Source of the DNA: Cupriavidus necator
GTDB taxonomy: Bacteria; Pseudomonadota; Gammaproteobacteria; Burkholderiales; Burkholderiaceae
Assembly (NCBI RefSeq): GCF_016127575.1
Contig: NZ_CP066018.1
Coordinates: 1,080,001 to 1,112,000, forward strand
Direction of reading: 5' to 3'
Length of the DNA stretch: 32,000 nt
In this document: positions 27,777-32,000 of the stretch, piece after piece
Layout of the letters: every line of letters begins with the position of its first letter
Numbering within the stretch: position 1 is the stretch's first letter
Notes under the pieces: generated by a model
What the model saw: only the letters and a program-made list of their open reading frames with translations
Databases searched by the model: none
What the model was told of the DNA's origin: nothing
Translations under genes and position numbers: made by a program

Positions 27777-28577
27777 ATGACCGATACCGCAACCATCGCC
27801 GACAAGCCTTCCGTCGAAGCCTCCACCGTCCTTGCCGGCGGCAGCACGCTGGTCGTGCGCCACCTGAAGAAACGCTATGGCTCGCGCACGGTGGTCAAGG
27901 ACGTCTCGCTCGACGTGAAGAGCGGCGAGGTGGTCGGCCTGCTTGGGCCCAACGGCGCGGGCAAGACCACCTCCTTCTACATGATCGTGGGCCTGGTGGC
28001 GCTGGACGAAGGCGATATCGTGCTCGACGGCGACCACATCAGCGGCCTGCCGATCCACGAGCGCGCGCGCATGGGGCTGTCGTACCTGCCGCAGGAAGCC
28101 TCGGTATTCCGCAAGCTCAACGTCGAAGAGAACATCCGCGCGGTGCTGGAGCTGCAGGTGAGCAACGGCAAGCCCCTGCCCAAGGCCGAGATCGAGCGCC
28201 GCCTGGATTCGCTGCTCGACGACCTGCAGATCGCGCACCTGCGCAACAACCCGGCGCTGTCGCTGTCGGGCGGCGAGCGCCGCCGCGTGGAAATCGCGCG
28301 CGCGCTGGCGTCGTCGCCGCGCTTCATCCTGCTGGACGAACCCTTCGCCGGCGTGGACCCGATCGCCGTGGGCGAGATCCAGCGCATCGTCAGCTTCCTC
28401 AAGGCACGCAATATCGGCGTGCTGATCACCGACCACAACGTGCGCGAGACGCTCGGCATCTGCGACCACGCCTACATCATCAGCGAAGGCACGGTGCTGG
28501 CCGCGGGCCAGCCCGAGGAAATCATCGCCAATGACGCAGTGCGGCGCGTCTACCTGGGCGAGAACTTCCGCATGTGA
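27777..28577 (+). CDS. lptB: LPS export ABC transporter ATP-binding protein LptB
   Basis: ATG 27777 in frame inside track ORF 27726..28577. It has Walker [10 protein letters not shown], the signature [15 protein letters not shown] and Walker [13 protein letters not shown]. It lies between lptA and rpoN. Confidence 0.93.
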   Translation: MTDTATIADKPSVEASTVLAGGSTLVVRHLKKRYGSRTVVKDVSLDVKSGEVVGLLGPNGAGKTTSFYMIVGLVALDEGDIVLDGDHISGLPIHERARMGLSYLPQEASVFRKLNVEENIRAVLELQVSNGKPLPKAEIERRLDSLLDDLQIAHLRNNPALSLSGGERRRVEIARALASSPRFILLDEPFAGVDPIAVGEIQRIVSFLKARNIGVLITDHNVRETLGICDHAYIISEGTVLAAGQPEEIIANDAVRRVYLGENFRM

Positions 28578-28583
28578 TGCAGC

Positions 28584-28606
28584 GGCCTGCCATGGAGCGG
28601 CAGGCC
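28584..28606 (+). other. GC-rich hairpin just after the lptB stop (weak terminator or attenuator element)
   Basis: GGCCTGCC (28584-28591), a 7-nt loop and GGCAGGCC (28599-28606), followed by TATTCG. A third copy of GGCCTGCC at 28625-28632 could pair with the same right arm instead. Confidence 0.4.
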
Positions 28607-28711
28607 TATTCGCGGGCGCACGTGGGCCTGCCACAGCCAGCAGCGATCAGACCGCATAAGCGATAGCAATTTCCGTTCCAACAACGGAAAGATGCGCATA
28701 GAATAGGTCGC

Positions 28712-30193
28712 ATGAAACCGTCGCTACAGCTCCGCCTTTCCCAGCATCTGGCCCTGACCCCGCAACTGCAGCAGTCGATCCGGCTGCTGCAGCTTTCCAC
28801 GCTGGAACTGCAGCAAGAGGTCGAACAGGCACTGACGGAAAACCCTCTGCTCGAACGCGAGAACGACTGGATCGAAAGCCCGCTGCGCGTGGCGGCCGAC
28901 GGCTCGGTCAACCTGCAGAGCGCACCGGCGCCCGCGCCGGCAGAGCCGCAGGGCAATGGCGAGGCCCGCGCCGACGGCGCGGCTGACGACGACAGCTATG
29001 GCGACAGCGGCAACGGCGACGACTATGGCAGCAGCGACTGGAGCCTGGACGACTTTGCCCGCCGCCCCCAGGGCGACGAGGACGAAAAAACGCCGATGCA
29101 GCTGCGCGAAGCCGAGCCCACGCTGCGCGAGTACCTGATGGAACAGCTCACGCCGCTGAAGATCTCGGCGCGCGACAAGGGCCTGGCCATCTTCCTGATC
29201 GAATCGCTCGACGACGATGGCTACCTGAGCGCATCGCTTGAGGAGATCTGCACGGAGTTGCCGGAAGAACTCGAGTTCGAGATCGAGGAGGTCCACGCCA
29301 TCCTCACGCTGCTGCAGAGCTTCGACCCGCCCGGCGTGGGCGCGCGCAACGCCGCCGAGTGCCTGGCCCTGCAGTTGCGGCGCCTGACGCACCCGCAGCG
29401 CGAACTGGCCCTGAACATCGTGACCAACCACCTGGAGTTGCTCGCAGTACGCGACTACACGCGGCTGAAGAAGGCGCTGCAGGTGGATGAAGCGGCGCTG
29501 AAGTCCGCACACGAACTGATCCGCTCGCTGGCGCCCTACCCCGGCCATGCATACAGCCGCCCGGAGGCGGACTTCGTGGTGCCGGACGTGTTCGTGCGCA
29601 AGGGTGGCGGCGGCTGGATCGCGCAGCTCAATCCGGATGTGATGCCGAGGCTGCGCATCAATGACATGTATGCGCAAATCCTACGTGGCGCAAAGGGTGA
29701 GTCCGGCACCGCCGGGCTGCAGCAGAAGCTGCAAGAGGCGCGCTGGCTGATCAAGAACATCCAGCAGAGGTTCGACAAAATCCTGCGTGTCTCGCAGGCC
29801 ATTGTCGAGCGTCAAAAGAACTTTTTCAGCCACGGCGAAATCGCCATGCGCCCCTTGGTTTTGCGGGAGATTGCCGATACACTGGGTTTACACGAGTCAA
29901 CCATCTCCCGGGTGACGACCAATAAATATATGGCAACGCCGATGGGTACTTTCGAACTGAAGTACTTCTTCGGCAGCCACGTGTCCACCGAAACCGGTGG
30001 CGCGGCTTCGTCAACGGCCATCCGCGCCTTGATCAAGCAACTGATAGGAGCCGAAGACCCGAGGAATCCCCTTTCCGACAGTCGCATTGCCGAACTGCTG
30101 GGCGAACAAGGCTTCGTTGTCGCACGCCGCACCGTTGCCAAGTATCGCGAAGCCCTGAAGATCCCCGCAGTCAATCTCCGCAAGTCTTTGTAG
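28712..30193 (+). CDS. rpoN: RNA polymerase sigma-54 factor
   Basis: 493 aa. The N-terminal region I reads [41 protein letters not shown], followed by an acidic region II. The C-terminus has an HTH and the RpoN box [12 protein letters not shown]. Confidence 0.97.
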
Positions 30194-30241
30194 CCGAGCC
30201 CACCGCCTGCCTGGTGAGGCTCTTTCAGAAGGAGAAGCGCT

Positions 30242-30592
30242 ATGAACTTCAAGATCAGTGGACACCACCTGGACATCACGCCCCCTCTGCGTGAGTACGT
30301 GGAAACGAAGCTGGAGCGAATCGTCAGGCATTTCGATCAAGTCATTGGCGTTAGTGTGCTGCTCTCTGTCGACAACCACAAGGAAAAGGACCGGCGTCAG
30401 TACGCGGAAATCAATCTACATCTCAAGGGCAAGGACATCTTTGTCGAAGCGCATCACGAAGACCTGTATGCAGCGATCGACGCACTCGTCGACAAGCTGG
30501 ACCGTCAGGTGATCCGCTACAAGGATCGCGTGCAAGGCCACGACCGCGAAGCGGTCAAGTACCAGATGGCCGCAGCGCAAATGCAGCAATGA
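30242..30592 (+). CDS. hpf: Ribosome hibernation promoting factor (sigma-54 modulation protein, short HPF)
   Basis: 116 aa with an AAGGAGAAG Shine-Dalgarno sequence. [41 protein letters not shown]...[36 protein letters not shown] fits the family. It lies immediately downstream of rpoN. Confidence 0.93.
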
Positions 30593-30641
30593 CCGTGCCC
30601 GGCAGCCCCGCAGCGGGCTGCTGAATCAGGATTGAACAGGC

Positions 30642-30669
30642 AAGCCGCGCCAAGAAGCGCGGCTTTTTT
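30642..30669 (+). terminator. Strong rho-independent terminator after hpf
   Basis: AAGCCGCGC (30642-30650), a 6-nt loop and GCGCGGCTT (30657-30665) form the stem, and the T run extends to 30669 (GGCTTTTTTG). It lies 50 nt after the hpf stop. Confidence 0.8.
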
Positions 30670-30946
30670 GCGCCCTCGCGTTCCCGGTTGCCGCCGGCAT
30701 GCCGCGCCCGCACTGGCGGCGCGGCCCGGCTGTGGCGCCGGAGCCGATGCTTTTCACCCGAATGAGCAAGGGTGTTCGCAAGCGCTGCGCCAAGGTGTAT
30801 GCTGCGCCATACAAAGAGAGGGAATCCTGGCCGTGCCCCGCACCGGTGCACCGGCTCCCCGCCGCGGAGGCACCATTGCATCACCATGTATCTTTCTGCA
30901 CCGGCTTGCCCCGTTGCGCTGCACAATGCGGGAGTAGTCGCTGCTC

Positions 30947-30952
30947 TATAAT
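30947..30952 (+). promoter_or_regulatory. Perfect TATAAT hexamer; candidate -10 element for a separate ptsN-hprK (or sRNA) transcript
   Basis: TATAAT at 30947-30952, 97 nt upstream of the ptsN ATG. There is no good TTGACA-like hexamer at a 16-18 nt spacing, so this is a weak call. Confidence 0.3.
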
Positions 30953-31048
30953 GGGCCGGACGCCTCCGGCCAGGCCAACGGCAGGCCGGAGCCGGCCCAC
31001 TGCCCGGCGGAACGGTCCGCCCGCTAACTGAAATCCTGCGCATCGCCC

Positions 31049-31504
31049 ATGAATCGTTTGGCCAAATTGCTGCCACCCGGCAACATCACCCTCGACGTCA
31101 GCGTCACCAGCAAGAAGCGTGTGTTCGAGCAGGCCGGGCTCCTCTTCGAGAACAACCATGGTGTGGCGCGCGCCATCGTGACGGACAACCTGTTCGCGCG
31201 CGAGTCGCTTGGATCCACCGGCCTGGGCGCCGGCGTGGCAATCCCGCACGGCCGCATCAAGGGCCTGAAGCAGCCGCTGGCCGCGTTCATGCGCCTGGCC
31301 GAACCAATTCCGTTCGAATCGCCCGATGGCAAGCCGGTATCGCTGCTGATCTTCCTGCTGGTGCCCGAACAGGCTACGCAGCAGCACCTGGAAATCCTGT
31401 CCGAAATCGCGCAACTGCTTTCCGACCGCGACATGCGTGAAGGGCTGGCCACGCTGCCCACGCCCGATGCCGTCCATCAGTTGCTGATCGCATGGCATCC
31501 CTGA
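31049..31504 (+). CDS. ptsN: PTS-Ntr EIIA protein PtsN
   Basis: 151 aa. MNRLAKLLPPGNITLDVSVTSKKRVFEQAGLLFENNHG...ESLGSTGLGAGVAIPHGRIKGL contains the phosphorylatable His in the AIPHGR context. It lies in the rpoN cluster. Confidence 0.92.
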   Translation: MNRLAKLLPPGNITLDVSVTSKKRVFEQAGLLFENNHGVARAIVTDNLFARESLGSTGLGAGVAIPHGRIKGLKQPLAAFMRLAEPIPFESPDGKPVSLLIFLLVPEQATQQHLEILSEIAQLLSDRDMREGLATLPTPDAVHQLLIAWHP

Positions 31505-31585
31505 TCCCCTGATCCCTCAAGCGGGCCGGCACCAGACCGGGCAGGCGCCAAGGCGCTTCGCAAACCGCCCCACCAGTCATACCGC

Positions 31586-32000
31586 ATGGAACTCACCGGC
31601 GTCACCTCCCAGTCCATCTTCGACGACAACGCAGCCGACATCAAACTCTCGTGGGTGGCCGGCCTGGAAGGTGCGGATCGCGCCTTCGATGTGGAGTTCG
31701 CCCGCGAAGCCACCTCCGCCGCCGACCTGGTGGGCCACCTGAACCTGATCCACCCCAACCGCATCCAGGTGCTCGGCAAGCCCGAGATCACTTATTACCA
31801 GCGACTGGACGACGAGACCCGCAAGCGCCAGATGGGCGAGCTGATCCTGCTGGAGCCGCCCTTCCTGGTGATCGCCGACGGCATGGAGCCGCCGCCCGAC
31901 CTGGAACTGCGCTGCACGCGCTCGTCCACGCCGCTGTTCACCACGCCGGTGTCGTCGGCCGCGGTGATCGACCACCTGCGCCTGTACCTGTCGCGTATCT
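31586..32000 (+). CDS. hprK: HPr kinase/phosphorylase, N-terminal part (runs off the window end)
   Basis: Absent from the ORF track because there is no stop inside the window. Hand translation from ATG 31586 gives [138 protein letters not shown].... The frame is open to nt 32000 with GC-rich third positions. Position after ptsN fits hprK. The P-loop lies beyond the window. Confidence 0.75.
   Translation, partial: MELTGVTSQSIFDDNAADIKLSWVAGLEGADRAFDVEFAREATSAADLVGHLNLIHPNRIQVLGKPEITYYQRLDDETRKRQMGELILLEPPFLVIADGMEPPPDLELRCTRSSTPLFTTPVSSAAVIDHLRLYLSRI

Noticed and set aside
30632-31076. ORFs inside the hpf-ptsN spacer: 30632..30937(+), 30699..31031(+) and 30555..31076(-).
   Set aside because: They are Arg/Pro/Ala/Cys-rich with no Shine-Dalgarno sequence and no domain-like segments, and they overlap each other in three frames. 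I treat the region as non-coding, regulatory or RNA; see findings.

Overview
This is a high-G+C proteobacterial chromosome segment. Its gene content and order (a Bug/TctC-family binding protein, ssb-MFS-uvrA, kdsD-lptC-lptA-lptB-rpoN-hpf-ptsN-hprK) look like a Burkholderiales core region, Cupriavidus/Ralstonia-like; the taxon is inference only. I call 34 protein-coding genes or fragments. They are: the start of a minus-strand type IV pilus minor-pilin operon (pilE-like, fimT, pilV, pilW); an RpiR/SIS regulator; a run of small envelope proteins (116-aa secreted protein, a possible gene remnant, a minimal ion channel, a collagen-like lipoprotein, an 82-aa periplasmic protein, an RcnB-like protein); a membrane GGDEF cyclase; a porin-Bug-BMP operon; ssb; an MFS transporter; uvrA; a secreted histidine phosphatase; an adenosine-specific-kinase-family protein; a Na/Pi-PhoU transporter; a LysE exporter; apt; DJ-1/PfpI; an RHH protein; a CPA2/RCK antiporter; and the LPS-transport/sigma-54/PTS-Ntr cluster. 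pilW and hprK run off the window edges and are missing from the supplied ORF track; I found both by hand translation. I saw no rRNA, tRNA, CRISPR array, transposase, integrase or phage gene. Many very long ORFs in the track are antisense or 5'-extension shadow frames typical of high-GC DNA, and I rejected them. I did not find a convincing novel multi-gene system, and the window reads as mostly ordinary core genome. The leads most worth a second look are: (1) the collagen-like lipoprotein with an internal module duplication; (2) the unusually long, structured hpf-ptsN spacer, which has a strong terminator, repeats and a perfect TATAAT; (3) the porin-Bug-BMP operon, which lacks any inner-membrane transporter; (4) a small periplasmic protein with a predicted His-Asn-Cys-Pro mature N-terminus next to an RcnB-like gene; (5) a minimal ion channel with a degenerate selectivity filter followed in frame by a decayed ORF; (6) mutually exclusive hairpins in the lptB-rpoN spacer. 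All functional calls rest on motif recognition by eye; no database search was possible.
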